From an uncultured Candidatus Saccharibacteria bacterium (GTDB taxonomy: Bacteria > Patescibacteriota > Dojkabacteria > SC72): DNA of 64,000 nucleotides. The notes below the pieces were generated by a model, which saw only the letters and a program-made list of their open reading frames with translations, was not told the DNA's origin and did not search any database. The stretch lies in NCBI GenBank assembly GCA_964543485.1, contig CAZIYI010000002.1, forward strand, positions 4,192 to 68,191, given 5' to 3'. Shown in pieces: positions 1 to 10,362 of this stretch (the stretch's first letter is position 1; each line of letters begins with the position of its first letter). A program made the translations under genes and the position numbers.

Positions 1-752
1 TTTCCATCTCCCAATATTCCAGGTACATATGGTTTCCAAGTTGTTCCTTCTTTATGCATTAAGAAACCGAATTGGTCATTAGAGAGAGTTTGTCTAATTT
101 GAGCTTTACTACTATCATTTAAATCAATATATACAGGAGTAAATGAGGGTCTACCGCTTTGATTAAACCATATATACATTGCTTCTATCTCTGCAGATGT
201 AGTATCGGTAAATGTAGCAACCATTCTAATTGGTTCGTTTACACTATCATCTACAGTTGTACTTTTAACACCAGCACCAGTGTAAGTATCTGAGATAAAC
301 CCTAATGTAGTAGGGGTATTTTCAGGATATATTTGTAAAGAACTCAATGGCTGATCACTAGGTATCTCATAACAGGTTCTGTAGTGTTTAATTGGCTTAG
401 AACATCCACCTTTATCGGTACAAGAGTATAGATTTTTTAAGATCCATTTATTCGCAGTACCTGTCGTAGGAAAAGAACATGCAGGAAGTTTACATCTAAT
501 ACATGGATCTGGTTCTGGTTCTTCGGGTTCACCAGGAGCACAAGTAGGACAAGGTATGTAGATACATGGATCCCTAACCGCTGAACAACAAGGGCCACTA
601 CTTCCAACGCAACAACCCGCCAACCAGAAACCAGCTGAAGTACAGCATGATTGAGCATATATTTTCGTATTAGATAAAAAAAAGAGTCCGAAAACAAGAA
701 AAACAATGTTTAAAAAGAAAATCAATTTTACAATATTTTTATTTTTTTTCAT
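1..752 (-). CDS. Cys-rich secreted/surface protein, 3' end runs off the window (missed by the ORF track)
   Basis: Hand translation from ATG at 752 (overlapping the stop of 739..2448): MKKNKNIVKLIFFLNIVFLVFGLFFLSNTKIYAQSCCTSAGFWLAGCCVGSSGPCCSAVRDPCIYIPCPTCAPGEPEEPEPDPCIRCKLPAC...; signal peptide; no stop seen before the window edge. Confidence 0.8.
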   Translation of the reverse strand, partial: MKKNKNIVKLIFFLNIVFLVFGLFFLSNTKIYAQSCCTSAGFWLAGCCVGSSGPCCSAVRDPCIYIPCPTCAPGEPEEPEPDPCIRCKLPACSFPTTGTANKWILKNLYSCTDKGGCSKPIKHYRTCYEIPSDQPLSSLQIYPENTPTTLGFISDTYTGAGVKSTTVDDSVNEPIRMVATFTDTTSAEIEAMYIWFNQSGRPSFTPVYIDLNDSSKAQIRQTLSNDQFGFLMHKEGTTWKPYVPGILGDG

Positions 753-2448
753 CTATTTTATTTATTAAGTAGATAAAATAGTAAGAATCTAACATATCTG
801 CGAAAGAAGAAACTGCAATATCATCTTCCCAATTTTGTTCAACTCGCCATACAAAATATCCATATTCATGTAATTTCTCTAAATTATTTTGATTTTTACT
901 TAAAACAGGATCTGCTCTATACAGTTCATAAGTATTTAATTTAGTCGCTACAGAACTTAGATAGTAATGATTGTAGAAAGAATCATACAAAATACTCTTA
1001 GATACATCAGGATATGAATCTAATGTTGCCTCTGCACATACTAATTTTTTAGCAATATTTAAATTACAGTATTCATCTTTTAATATACCGTTACATAATG
1101 AAGAGAAATCAGGTAAGGATGTAAATATTGATTCGATTTTATTTACCAAAGTAGAATCGTTGTATTCCGATTTCATATCCTCAGAAACTTTTAAAAGATG
1201 ACACTTACCCATAACTGTAGGATATGCGTTCTCTAATTTTTCAGAGTTAGAAAGGTAGGAATATATTTCATTCTTAGTATACTTTTGAGCGTTAAGACCC
1301 AAAAGATCTATAAGAGAGTTGTAATATATAATTTCAGAAGGTAAAGAGAGTAGGTAGCTATTCCCACTTCCTAAAGTATCATAACCGTAGTAGTCTTTTA
1401 CTTTCTCCTCATAGGTTAGAAGCTGATAGTCTAGGACATTTTTACAATGGTTGAAAGAAGATGATTTAATCTCATTACATAGCTGTGTAGAACACTCCTT
1501 TAGATTGTTTACCGTGTTATATGCAAACTGACAATCATAGAATGATTGTTTGATATCATCAGTAGAGTAGGAGTTTATAGTTTGCATATATGACATTAAA
1601 TCAATATCTTCATACTCAATATATTTTCTATTTATCATTTCAGAAATTGTATACAGCATTAACTGAATAGTAGAACTATCAGAACTATCAATTTTATCTG
1701 TGATAAATGTAGTACTCATTTTATATGTTCCATCGGGTACAGCTAACTGTGTTGTTCTAAGTTTAAAAGAATCTTTGTTAAAATATCCAAAATCATCTGT
1801 AATGAAATAATTAAACAGACCTCGAACTAGAGAATCTTTATTGATTGAATCATAGTACAACACCTTTTCTTCCAAACTTCTATCAGTTAATTCAACACTC
1901 CATTGTGTTAAATCCCTGCTAATTAAACAGTTTCCACGGCCACAAGATGTATCAATATTAAAAAGATTAGAGTAAGCTTTACTTACAACACAAAAGGAGA
2001 AATCTAAAAAGTATTTTAAATCTCTTTCAACTCTATATGCAAATTTAATCACAAGGGGCTCATTAAATTCTAGTTTAGAAAAATCAAATTCTCCTTTGTT
2101 CTTTTCTAAATCAATTGTAAATCTTGATTCATCTCTACTTTGATAGTAAGTATCAAAGTTAAATGGAACTCCCGTAATAGTATATTCATTATTTATCTCT
2201 GAATACTCTTCCAATATTATCGGAAACTGATACTCAATATATTTCTCATCTCGCTTAGGGAAATCATTTCTAACCTTTTGTGCTAGTTGATTACTATCTA
2301 AATTTATAAACATTGATACATACGGTCTATCACTTCTCATTGATATGAATGAAAATAGCAACCAAGAAATTAGTAATAGCATTAAGAAAGCAAAAACTAT
2401 TGCCCCTAATCTCACAAAAGTCCTTTTCTGTAGTTTATTTTCTTTCAC
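739..2448 (-). CDS. Hypothetical membrane-anchored protein, 569 aa
   Basis: Long ORF, single N-terminal TM segment, many Cys; in operon after the pilin genes. Confidence 0.75.
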   Translation of the reverse strand: MKENKLQKRTFVRLGAIVFAFLMLLLISWLLFSFISMRSDRPYVSMFINLDSNQLAQKVRNDFPKRDEKYIEYQFPIILEEYSEINNEYTITGVPFNFDTYYQSRDESRFTIDLEKNKGEFDFSKLEFNEPLVIKFAYRVERDLKYFLDFSFCVVSKAYSNLFNIDTSCGRGNCLISRDLTQWSVELTDRSLEEKVLYYDSINKDSLVRGLFNYFITDDFGYFNKDSFKLRTTQLAVPDGTYKMSTTFITDKIDSSDSSTIQLMLYTISEMINRKYIEYEDIDLMSYMQTINSYSTDDIKQSFYDCQFAYNTVNNLKECSTQLCNEIKSSSFNHCKNVLDYQLLTYEEKVKDYYGYDTLGSGNSYLLSLPSEIIYYNSLIDLLGLNAQKYTKNEIYSYLSNSEKLENAYPTVMGKCHLLKVSEDMKSEYNDSTLVNKIESIFTSLPDFSSLCNGILKDEYCNLNIAKKLVCAEATLDSYPDVSKSILYDSFYNHYYLSSVATKLNTYELYRADPVLSKNQNNLEKLHEYGYFVWRVEQNWEDDIAVSSFADMLDSYYFIYLINKIDEKK

Positions 2449-2455
2449 TCGTTAC

Positions 2456-2839
2456 CTATCCAAAAAACTTACTTAACTCTTTTACTAATCCCTCATAGTC
2501 CAAATCTGTTTTAACAAGATATGATGTAGCTCCAATATTAAACGCCTCTTTAACTACAGATTCGCTTGTCATATTTGTAAGTATGACAATAGGCATTTTC
2601 CCATACTTGTCTTCATTGTTTTTAACAGTCTTAAGCACTTCTAAACCATCAACTCCAGGCATCATTAAATCTAGTAGAACCAAATCTATTTGATCAACAT
2701 TATTTGCTAAAAGATCAAGAGCTTGATAGCCATCCAAAGCTTTCATTGGAATATATCCTGCTGTCTCTACCAACTCTGCGTAAGAATCTAAAAGAGGTGC
2801 TTCATCTTCAACTATCAGTATTTTTTTTGTATCAGCCAT
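2456..2839 (-). CDS. Single-domain response regulator (CheY-like receiver)
   Basis: KILIVEDE, LVLLDLMMPGVDG (phosphoacceptor D), IVILT, YLVK motifs. Confidence 0.93.
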   Translation of the reverse strand: MADTKKILIVEDEAPLLDSYAELVETAGYIPMKALDGYQALDLLANNVDQIDLVLLDLMMPGVDGLEVLKTVKNNEDKYGKMPIVILTNMTSESVVKEAFNIGATSYLVKTDLDYEGLVKELSKFFG

Positions 2840-2858
2840 TAAGATAAATATTTAAAAA

Positions 2859-3785
2859 TTAATTTGGGTTTAAAGTCCCATTTGAGTTATATATTGTATA
2901 ATCGAATAGGGATGAGTAACCCATGTTATTTACACTTGGGATAACAACCTGTTTTTCTCTAGTATCACCTTTACATGTAACTTTTGCCCTAACTACATAG
3001 TTATTAAAAATATCACCACACTCAGGACTTGGAATAACTGCCACTCCCAACTTCTCTTTCAAGGGAAGTAATCTAAATTCGTAAAGAGAGTTTTGTGCAA
3101 GAGAGTACATATCAAGAGTCATATCATCACCAGAAGCAAAGGACGTAACAATAGATTGAGTTGGAGCAACAGATGGAGTATTACAATCCCCTTCCCCTAA
3201 ACAATACAATTGCATATCCTCGAGCTTATAAGGAATTACATTAACTCCATCCATATATACATATTTAGTAGTGAAAAGATGATCTCCATCACCTCTTGTA
3301 GTTAAGTTTAAATCAACCTTACAACCAATTGGTACTGTTACATTTGATGTATTTAAAGCAACAACATCTCCAACATTGTATTCAATAACGGAAGTTTCAT
3401 CTGCATAAGAGAGTGTAACTTCCAAAGACGAACCCGTTTCTGGTGGTTCACACCAACCAGTTATTGTACCCACCTCATCAAGTATACTAGTATCTATCGC
3501 GAGACTAGTAGATAAAAACGTTTTTAAATCAGCAATACTACTAAATTTCTTCGGATTTTCAGCACTCAAAGTAGAAGACATTAGAGATTGTGTAGAAGGT
3601 AAATCGGCTGATACAAAGACATCTAATATACTATCTGCTTGCTCTAATGCCCGTTGAGACTCTCTAGTATCAACAATCTCTGCTGAATTCCTAATCATTC
3701 TTGAATACAAAGATGCCCCAATTACAGTAGCAACTACAAGAACTATCATAATTATTGCTATTGCCTGTCCTGAGTATTTTCTCAT
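2859..3785 (-). CDS. PilX-like minor pilin
   Basis: MRKYSG/QAIAIIMIVLVV class III signal lacking E5 (typical of PilX); likely start ATG 3785. Confidence 0.75.
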   Translation of the reverse strand: MRKYSGQAIAIIMIVLVVATVIGASLYSRMIRNSAEIVDTRESQRALEQADSILDVFVSADLPSTQSLMSSTLSAENPKKFSSIADLKTFLSTSLAIDTSILDEVGTITGWCEPPETGSSLEVTLSYADETSVIEYNVGDVVALNTSNVTVPIGCKVDLNLTTRGDGDHLFTTKYVYMDGVNVIPYKLEDMQLYCLGEGDCNTPSVAPTQSIVTSFASGDDMTLDMYSLAQNSLYEFRLLPLKEKLGVAVIPSPECGDIFNNYVVRAKVTCKGDTREKQVVIPSVNNMGYSSLFDYTIYNSNGTLNPN

Positions 3786-3825
3786 ATTATTTATATTACA
3801 AATATAATAAAAATTTATCAATTTA

Positions 3826-4530
3826 CTAATATCGTGTCAACGCTTCTGTTGATATAACAAGCTGCCTTGAGACATCTCTAGTTACTGGGAAAGCATCTGA
3901 AACAGGCCAGAACAGTGGTGTAACAGTTGAATTTATAATAAACATACTATTCTTATCATCCCCTATATCCACATACTGTATAGTAAAATCTTTAACGTCT
4001 ACTGAAAAAGAATTTAAAATTGTAATAACTGCATTATCATCAAAACAAACAGAGTGATCCGTAAGATTTGGATTAGTTGCCTTAACTAAATATCCATACC
4101 CATTAGCATCTTTAAAATATCCTAAACATGTCCATACTGGGAAACCATAAATTTTTACATGTATTTCATTCCCATTGTATGTACTTGTATCTCCAATAGA
4201 TATTAAATCTTCCTCATAAATATCACCGATATTAGAGATATCCGTAGTCAGTATCATAGGCAAACCAGATTCAACAGAAAATGTCCTCTCTGATGACGAA
4301 TTATAAAGATACACATCATCTAACTGTGCATTAGAAACACTCCTGTTAAATATATCCATCATGTAATTAATATCACTTCGGGCTAAGTTCTTACTATTCG
4401 CAGTATTAGAGGCCTTAATTACTGTGTTTAGAGTAGTTGCAACAAGCATCATTACTACAGAAAGAATCATGATAGTGAGAAGCATTTCTACTAAACTAAA
4501 TCCCATATATTTTAAATATTTCTGTTTCAT
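3826..4530 (-). CDS. Type IV minor pilin (PilW-like)
   Basis: GFSLVEMLLTIMIL prepilin motif. Confidence 0.85.
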   Translation of the reverse strand: MKQKYLKYMGFSLVEMLLTIMILSVVMMLVATTLNTVIKASNTANSKNLARSDINYMMDIFNRSVSNAQLDDVYLYNSSSERTFSVESGLPMILTTDISNIGDIYEEDLISIGDTSTYNGNEIHVKIYGFPVWTCLGYFKDANGYGYLVKATNPNLTDHSVCFDDNAVITILNSFSVDVKDFTIQYVDIGDDKNSMFIINSTVTPLFWPVSDAFPVTRDVSRQLVISTEALTRY

Positions 4531-4535
4531 ATTCT

Positions 4536-5069
4536 TTACTTATTTATAACTGCCAAATATGAATAGTCCCTAACATCACTATCCGTTGTAGCTTGACCAT
4601 CAACTCTTTTAGAACCAACAATAATTTCAACTATTATTTTGTCAACATCATTACTGGATACACAAAATATTCTAAAATAATCACTATCTAAGTCATCAGG
4701 ATTAACCAATCGAGTTTTATAACTATCTCGATTTTTCACTAAATCTTCCTTAGTAGATACAGAATTGATATCTATCTGATCACTATCCTGCGTACTAAAT
4801 CCATAACAAAAAGTAACAGCTAAATCTAAATCACTAAATTGCTTATCTTCTTCTGGCAATGTCGCATCCCTTATCGCAATTTTTTGTAAGTCTACTGCGG
4901 TAGATACCGCGTGTGCTGCTAGCGCATCTTGAATGTCTAACTGGTGTAATTTTTGTAGAGTAGAAGCCGAAATACCCATTAGTACAACACCCACTATACC
5001 GGATACTGATATTGCTATCAGTGCTTCTACAAATCCCAACGCTTTATATTTTTTCTTTAATATTTTCAT
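4536..5069 (-). CDS. Type IV minor pilin (PilV-like)
   Basis: KYKALGFVEALIAI prepilin-like N-terminus. Confidence 0.75.
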   Translation of the reverse strand: MKILKKKYKALGFVEALIAISVSGIVGVVLMGISASTLQKLHQLDIQDALAAHAVSTAVDLQKIAIRDATLPEEDKQFSDLDLAVTFCYGFSTQDSDQIDINSVSTKEDLVKNRDSYKTRLVNPDDLDSDYFRIFCVSSNDVDKIIVEIIVGSKRVDGQATTDSDVRDYSYLAVINK

Positions 5070-5927
5070 TTATTCTCGATAAGAGTTAATTTCGCCCTTA
5101 ATACCGTATCTTTCATATGCTTCTCCATTTAATTCTATACAGTTTACGCCCCCCTCGACACATCTAGATCTAGGATCTAAACTTGAATATACATGATGAA
5201 TGACTGTACCAGAAACAGGATAAACAGAGATTAAATCAAATTTAGAACTATAATCTCTGTTAAATACAATATCTAATACTTCAACTCGATCCAGAGTATT
5301 ACCAATATAATCACCATTAGTTGCATAATTAAGAAGAGTACCACCGTTATCATAAAGAAATGCTCTTCCGGTAATTGCTTCAAATACTAAATATCTCGCA
5401 TCACTTATTATCTCAATATTATCTACTTCTGTAAGAATATTACTCATAATATCTCCTTGGGTATAAACTAATGAATTCTTACCATCAACACAATTGGTGG
5501 TCGTATTTAGTGGAAGATATCCATTTTGATACAATGGGTCATAATTTTGTGTTATTCGATAACCGACAGGATTATTACTATCCCAACTTAAAATCTTTGA
5601 TTTAGTAATTTCGTTTCCAAAATCTTCAAAAGGAGAGCACCATTTAAAGAAAAGTGATCTGTTATTAGTAGGTTGGGCATATTTTTCGAAATCAATTCCT
5701 ATTCCATATATCCAATTACTATCATCACCTTTTTTGAATAGCATTGCCTTTAACCTAGCACTACGAATATCTTGCTTAATTGTTTCAACCGTCTCTCTGG
5801 CTATCATTGTTTCTCTAGTACTTAAATAGCCACCAAAACCCATTGCTCCAAGGATTATAAAGATTGCAATAACAACTAGAAGCTCTAAAAGAGTATAGGA
5901 TTGAAATCTTTTCATCATACTTTTCAT
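5070..5927 (-). CDS. Type IV minor pilin (FimT/FimU-like)
   Basis: SYTLLELLVVIAIF prepilin motif; IKQDIRSARLKA helix. Confidence 0.8.
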   Translation of the reverse strand: MKSMMKRFQSYTLLELLVVIAIFIILGAMGFGGYLSTRETMIARETVETIKQDIRSARLKAMLFKKGDDSNWIYGIGIDFEKYAQPTNNRSLFFKWCSPFEDFGNEITKSKILSWDSNNPVGYRITQNYDPLYQNGYLPLNTTTNCVDGKNSLVYTQGDIMSNILTEVDNIEIISDARYLVFEAITGRAFLYDNGGTLLNYATNGDYIGNTLDRVEVLDIVFNRDYSSKFDLISVYPVSGTVIHHVYSSLDPRSRCVEGGVNCIELNGEAYERYGIKGEINSYRE

Positions 5928-6007
5928 GGACAGTTTTTAATAAGTATAGATATATATAATTTAACAAATATTTGTGAACTACTCAATAGATTTGAAAAGT
6001 GAAGTCT

Positions 6008-6778
6008 CTATCCTAGCAAGAATATTCTGTTTAGAATATCTGTAACTGGCTGATTAAATAGAAATAGTAGTACTAAAGAGCCGTACATAAAGGGGAGTAG
6101 GGGTATCTGGGATTTAAGTGAGGCATTTTTAAGTATGATATTTACAATTGAAAAAAGGGAAGTAGATATTAGAAATATATATATAAATCCTGTATATAAA
6201 GTAATATCTAAAAAGATACTCAACCCTATTAGTACTAAAATATCACCTATACCGAATGGTTTTTTCATAATTTTCCCTATGGCAAGTATAGAAATACAGA
6301 GTATCAATCCAATGATAAGGGCTGTTTGTGGTATAGAATTTTCAATTAGTAAAGTAACAAAGAAAAAAACAACAGAACATACCAAGAAGGTATGTACTAA
6401 TATTTGAGGTATTCCTTTATATATCCTATCAAAGTACGAAAATGAGAAAAAAAATATCAATACTATATATAAAATATATGGTAAGGAGAAAAAATATATA
6501 CTACTAAAACCAATACCAAGAAGTATTTCAGATATTGGGTAATATATTGGTACTTTATATCCACATTTTGAACATTTACCTTTAAATATTATAAACGATA
6601 TGACAGGTATTAACTCATATGAAGTTAAATACTTTCCACACTTCTCACAGTGAGAGCCCTTAATAAAGATATCTGGATATTTATATCCGTTATCTATTCT
6701 GTATAGTAGGGCGTTAAAAAAACTGGCTAATACTAAGCCAAGTATAAATGTTAAAAATGTAAAATATATATGCATCAC
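6008..6778 (-). CDS. pilD: Prepilin peptidase (A24)
   Basis: SHCEKC...ELIPVISFI...GKCSKC zinc domain; FGIGD aspartyl motif; IPLLPF. Confidence 0.92.
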   Translation of the reverse strand: MMHIYFTFLTFILGLVLASFFNALLYRIDNGYKYPDIFIKGSHCEKCGKYLTSYELIPVISFIIFKGKCSKCGYKVPIYYPISEILLGIGFSSIYFFSLPYILYIVLIFFFSFSYFDRIYKGIPQILVHTFLVCSVVFFFVTLLIENSIPQTALIIGLILCISILAIGKIMKKPFGIGDILVLIGLSIFLDITLYTGFIYIFLISTSLFSIVNIILKNASLKSQIPLLPFMYGSLVLLFLFNQPVTDILNRIFLLG

Positions 6779-6796
6779 ATATTATACATATCTATT

Positions 6797-6828
6797 ATAA
6801 AAGAGAAACCCCCTCAGAGGAGGGGGTT
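6797..6828 (-). terminator. Intrinsic terminator after the major pilin gene
   Basis: AACCCCCTC-4 nt loop-GAGGGGGTT hairpin (6807-6828) followed by a T-rich tract on the minus strand. Confidence 0.8.
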
Positions 6829-6854
6829 ATTTTCATAAATAAGATTGTCAATTT

Positions 6855-7427
6855 TTAATTCGTATATGTTCCAGTATTGTTACCAAAATCATTAGTTTCG
6901 TTACTCCAATCTTGAATTGACATCCATGTAGTAGCAGTACTCGTACCTGGGAAACCATCTGTAGGAACATCAGCATCAATGTCTTTAGAATCAATACCTG
7001 CAGCTGAAGGAACTGTTGCGTTGATACCATTTCCTGTACAATAGTAACCTCTTTCATCTTGATCTCTTACCCCTCCAAGAGACACACAAACTACTGCTGA
7101 TTTAGTATCTGTCCAATAGTAAAATGTTGTATCTGTTCCACCTTCAAATTCCCCAGCAGAAAGGTATTCCTCTAAACAGGGGTCTCCACAAGCGACATCA
7201 TTTGCTAAAGCTGAATCCCAATCAGTAACTTCCGGATACTCTCTAAAATCGGTCATATGTGCTTGAGCTGCAACAAATAATTTGTCAGCTGCATCTTGAT
7301 GTGCAACATCGTTTGCCCTATTGATTGCAAACCTACCTGCAGTAATACCTACCGCCATAAGTATAATGATTATACCCATTACGATAAGCATTTCTACTAG
7401 CGTAAAACCTGAATATTTTCTATTCAT
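6855..7427 (-). CDS. Type IV pilin, probably the major pilin
   Basis: SGFTLVEMLIVMGII motif; followed by its own strong terminator. Confidence 0.88.
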   Translation of the reverse strand: MNRKYSGFTLVEMLIVMGIIIILMAVGITAGRFAINRANDVAHQDAADKLFVAAQAHMTDFREYPEVTDWDSALANDVACGDPCLEEYLSAGEFEGGTDTTFYYWTDTKSAVVCVSLGGVRDQDERGYYCTGNGINATVPSAAGIDSKDIDADVPTDGFPGTSTATTWMSIQDWSNETNDFGNNTGTYTN

Positions 7428-7464
7428 AGTATTTAATAAAAATATAATAATTTATATATATAAG

Positions 7465-8706
7465 TTATACGAATAAATTCATAAAGTCAACAACCATACC
7501 CATTACCTCTGACAGTTGGAACATAGGCATATATATACCTAAAGATATGAAAGCAATTGCCAAACCCATCAATATTAAAAATACCGGTTCCAATATTGTA
7601 GACATATTTTCAGTAGCAACATCTACCTCATCTTTGTAATACTCTGCAACCTTTGCTAGAACATTATCTAACTCTCCAGTCTCTTCCCCAACCGCTATCA
7701 TACTACTTACAATTAAAGGGTAGTACTCACTTCTTGCAATTGGTAGAGCCAAAGAACCACCTTTTTCAACCTCTCTTTTTGCTTCTAAAACAACTTCTTT
7801 AAACATCCTGTTACTTAATGAAAGGGCAGTTAAATCTAAGGCCTTAATTATTGACAACCCACTACTAAGAAGTAACCCTAACAATCGAGTGAATTGAGCT
7901 ATTTGCATCTTAGTAATGATGATACCAACAATAGGCATTTTAACTAATAATCTGTCCTTAGTTCGTGCACCCCTAGGAGTATCAACCCATACCTTAAAAC
8001 CAATTACCATACCTAAAATAACAATTATTAGAGCCCACCAATACCCAACAAAGAAATTACTCATATCCATTAAAAACTGTGTTATCCATGGTAACTCAGC
8101 ATCAAACTCAGAATATATGTCACTCATAGAAGGTACTAAAACAAACATCATTAAAAGCATTACTCCTACAATAACAACTAATAGAATCATAGGGTAGGTA
8201 AGTGCCCCTTTTAGTTTTGCCTTCAATTTTTTACTCTCCTCTAACTCAACGGCCAATTTATCCAAAATCTCGTCTAAATTACCACTAGCTTCACCTGCCT
8301 CAATAAGATTGATAGCAACATCATCGAATACTTCATCAGCTTGCCTAAATGATTCTGCTAAACTTTTACCAGACTCTAGAGATATTCTTACCTGAGATAC
8401 TATCCTTCTAAAGGCAGCATTTGAAACCTGTTGTTCCATTACTTGTAAGCCCCTACTTAAAGGTAAACCAGCACCAACCATAGTAGCAAGCTGTCTCATA
8501 AATATTACTTTCTCTTTCATAGGAATACCTCCTATGTTTATCTGTCCAAGCTCTTCCCAATCTATTGTGGCTTGCTCTTTTATACTTACTACAACCAACC
8601 CCTTATCTTGGAGAATTTCAGCCAATGCTTCTGCATCTCTTGCCTCAAGTTTGCCACTTATTTCTTTCCCTTTATTATCTCTTGCTGAGTAATTAAATTT
8701 TGCCAT
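7465..8706 (-). CDS. pilC: Type IV pilus platform protein PilC/GspF
   Basis: FMRQLATMVGAGLPL, GEASGNLD and VGEETGELD T2SSF motifs. Confidence 0.95.
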   Translation of the reverse strand: MAKFNYSARDNKGKEISGKLEARDAEALAEILQDKGLVVVSIKEQATIDWEELGQINIGGIPMKEKVIFMRQLATMVGAGLPLSRGLQVMEQQVSNAAFRRIVSQVRISLESGKSLAESFRQADEVFDDVAINLIEAGEASGNLDEILDKLAVELEESKKLKAKLKGALTYPMILLVVIVGVMLLMMFVLVPSMSDIYSEFDAELPWITQFLMDMSNFFVGYWWALIIVILGMVIGFKVWVDTPRGARTKDRLLVKMPIVGIIITKMQIAQFTRLLGLLLSSGLSIIKALDLTALSLSNRMFKEVVLEAKREVEKGGSLALPIARSEYYPLIVSSMIAVGEETGELDNVLAKVAEYYKDEVDVATENMSTILEPVFLILMGLAIAFISLGIYMPMFQLSEVMGMVVDFMNLFV

Positions 8707-8707
8707 A

Positions 8708-10339
8708 TTAACTCTTTAATAATCTTAATACTTCTTCAGGAAATACTGCGTACTCCTGAGCTTTTTGAACAGATATAACTCCCTCTCTAACCAGATTCAC
8801 CAAAGATTTCTCCAAAGAGACCATGCCTATATCAGAACTTGTTCTAATTACATTATCAATCTGATGTGTTTTACTTTCTCTAACCAAATTCCTTATTGCT
8901 GGGTTAGCAATCATAATTTCTGATACAGCTCTTCTTCCTCCTTTATCTAAAGGAATCAATCTCTGAGCAACAATCGCTTCTAAAATATTAGAAAGTTGTA
9001 ACCTAATCTGTGGTTGTTGATTGTTTGGAAATACATCAATCATTCTATCAACAGTTTGGGCAGAATTGTTTGTATGAAGTGTAGCAAATACCAGATGACC
9101 TGTTTCTGCTAACGTAATTGCAGCTGCAATTGTTTCATAATCTCTCATTTCTCCAACCAAAATAACATCAGGATCCTGTCTAAGTGCACTCCTTAAAGCA
9201 ATAGACCAAGAGTGCGTATCATCATTCATTTCCCTTTGATCTATTAAAGATTTTTTACCTTCAAATACATACTCAATAGGGTCTTCAATTGTTACTATAT
9301 GGGCAAATCTTGTCATATTTATCTCTTCCAATATTGCTGCTAATGTAGTACTTTTACCATGTCCTGTTGGACCAGTTACTAAAATGAATCCCTGTTTTAA
9401 CTGTGCAAATTGATGATATATATTGGGCAACATAAGCTCATCTAGATTTCTTACTCGAGAAGGAATAAGACGAAACGCAGCCGCCATATTCTTCATCGTA
9501 TAATAGGCATTTATTCTAAACCTAGCAGGCATATCTCCCTCGTGGAAATATGCTAAATCAACCTCCCTGTTTACCTCTAGTAACTCTTTTTTCTCGTCTG
9601 TAAGAATAGGAAGAATTAACTTCTCTGCATCTTCGGGAGTAATTACCTTATCACTAATCTCTTTAAGCTCTCCATCAATTCTAATAATTGGGGGGTATCC
9701 TACGGAAATGTGTAAATCTGAAGCATTGTTTTGTATAGCATATTTCAAAAGCCCATCTATTTCTGTAGTTTCAGACAAAATAATAGGTGATTCTTGAATG
9801 TCGGAATCATCATCAATAGGGGTCGCCAAATTTACTTTCTTAGGATCTCTTTTCAACGCTTTGGGTACTTTTTCACCAGGTATAATATCTTGTAAACTGT
9901 TATCAACGACTCCCTTTAAAGTACCATCTGAATTAAGATTGTTAATAGGGTTCGCCTCTTGAATATTACTTAAATCTTCATTGGCCATAGAGGGTATATT
10001 TAAAGTAGAAGGAGAGGGTAAAGGAATTTCTGGTTCCGGAATAACAGGTTGTTGGGTTTGCGGAACAGATTGAACTTGAGTATTTGTATTAACCATCGGT
10101 TGCATTTGAGCATTTTGGGATTGTACTTGATTTGAAGGAGTAGAAGGGGTGGCATTTGAATTATTATCCCCATTCAAGCCATTTATTTGTGAAGCCAAAT
10201 CTTGAAGTATTTTTTCATCACCTAAAGGAGCTGTTGGTTGAACAACACTTGTAGTTGAGCTACTTTGAACATTTGGTACCATACCCTGATTTATATCTGG
10301 ATATGGAATTGTAGTATTTTGGGCAGTACTATTATCCAT
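8708..10339 (-). CDS. pilT: Pilus retraction ATPase PilT with long disordered N-terminal extension
   Basis: ASDLHI, GPTGHGKST, TIEDPIE, ALRQDPDVILVGEMRD, AIRNLVRE. Confidence 0.95.
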   Translation of the reverse strand: MDNSTAQNTTIPYPDINQGMVPNVQSSSTTSVVQPTAPLGDEKILQDLASQINGLNGDNNSNATPSTPSNQVQSQNAQMQPMVNTNTQVQSVPQTQQPVIPEPEIPLPSPSTLNIPSMANEDLSNIQEANPINNLNSDGTLKGVVDNSLQDIIPGEKVPKALKRDPKKVNLATPIDDDSDIQESPIILSETTEIDGLLKYAIQNNASDLHISVGYPPIIRIDGELKEISDKVITPEDAEKLILPILTDEKKELLEVNREVDLAYFHEGDMPARFRINAYYTMKNMAAAFRLIPSRVRNLDELMLPNIYHQFAQLKQGFILVTGPTGHGKSTTLAAILEEINMTRFAHIVTIEDPIEYVFEGKKSLIDQREMNDDTHSWSIALRSALRQDPDVILVGEMRDYETIAAAITLAETGHLVFATLHTNNSAQTVDRMIDVFPNNQQPQIRLQLSNILEAIVAQRLIPLDKGGRRAVSEIMIANPAIRNLVRESKTHQIDNVIRTSSDIGMVSLEKSLVNLVREGVISVQKAQEYAVFPEEVLRLLKS

Positions 10340-10362
10340 TGTTTTTTATTATATCCTAAAAT

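Noticed and set aside
437-706. 89-aa minus-strand ORF in the track
   Set aside because: Out-of-frame shadow of the real Cys-rich gene starting at 752.
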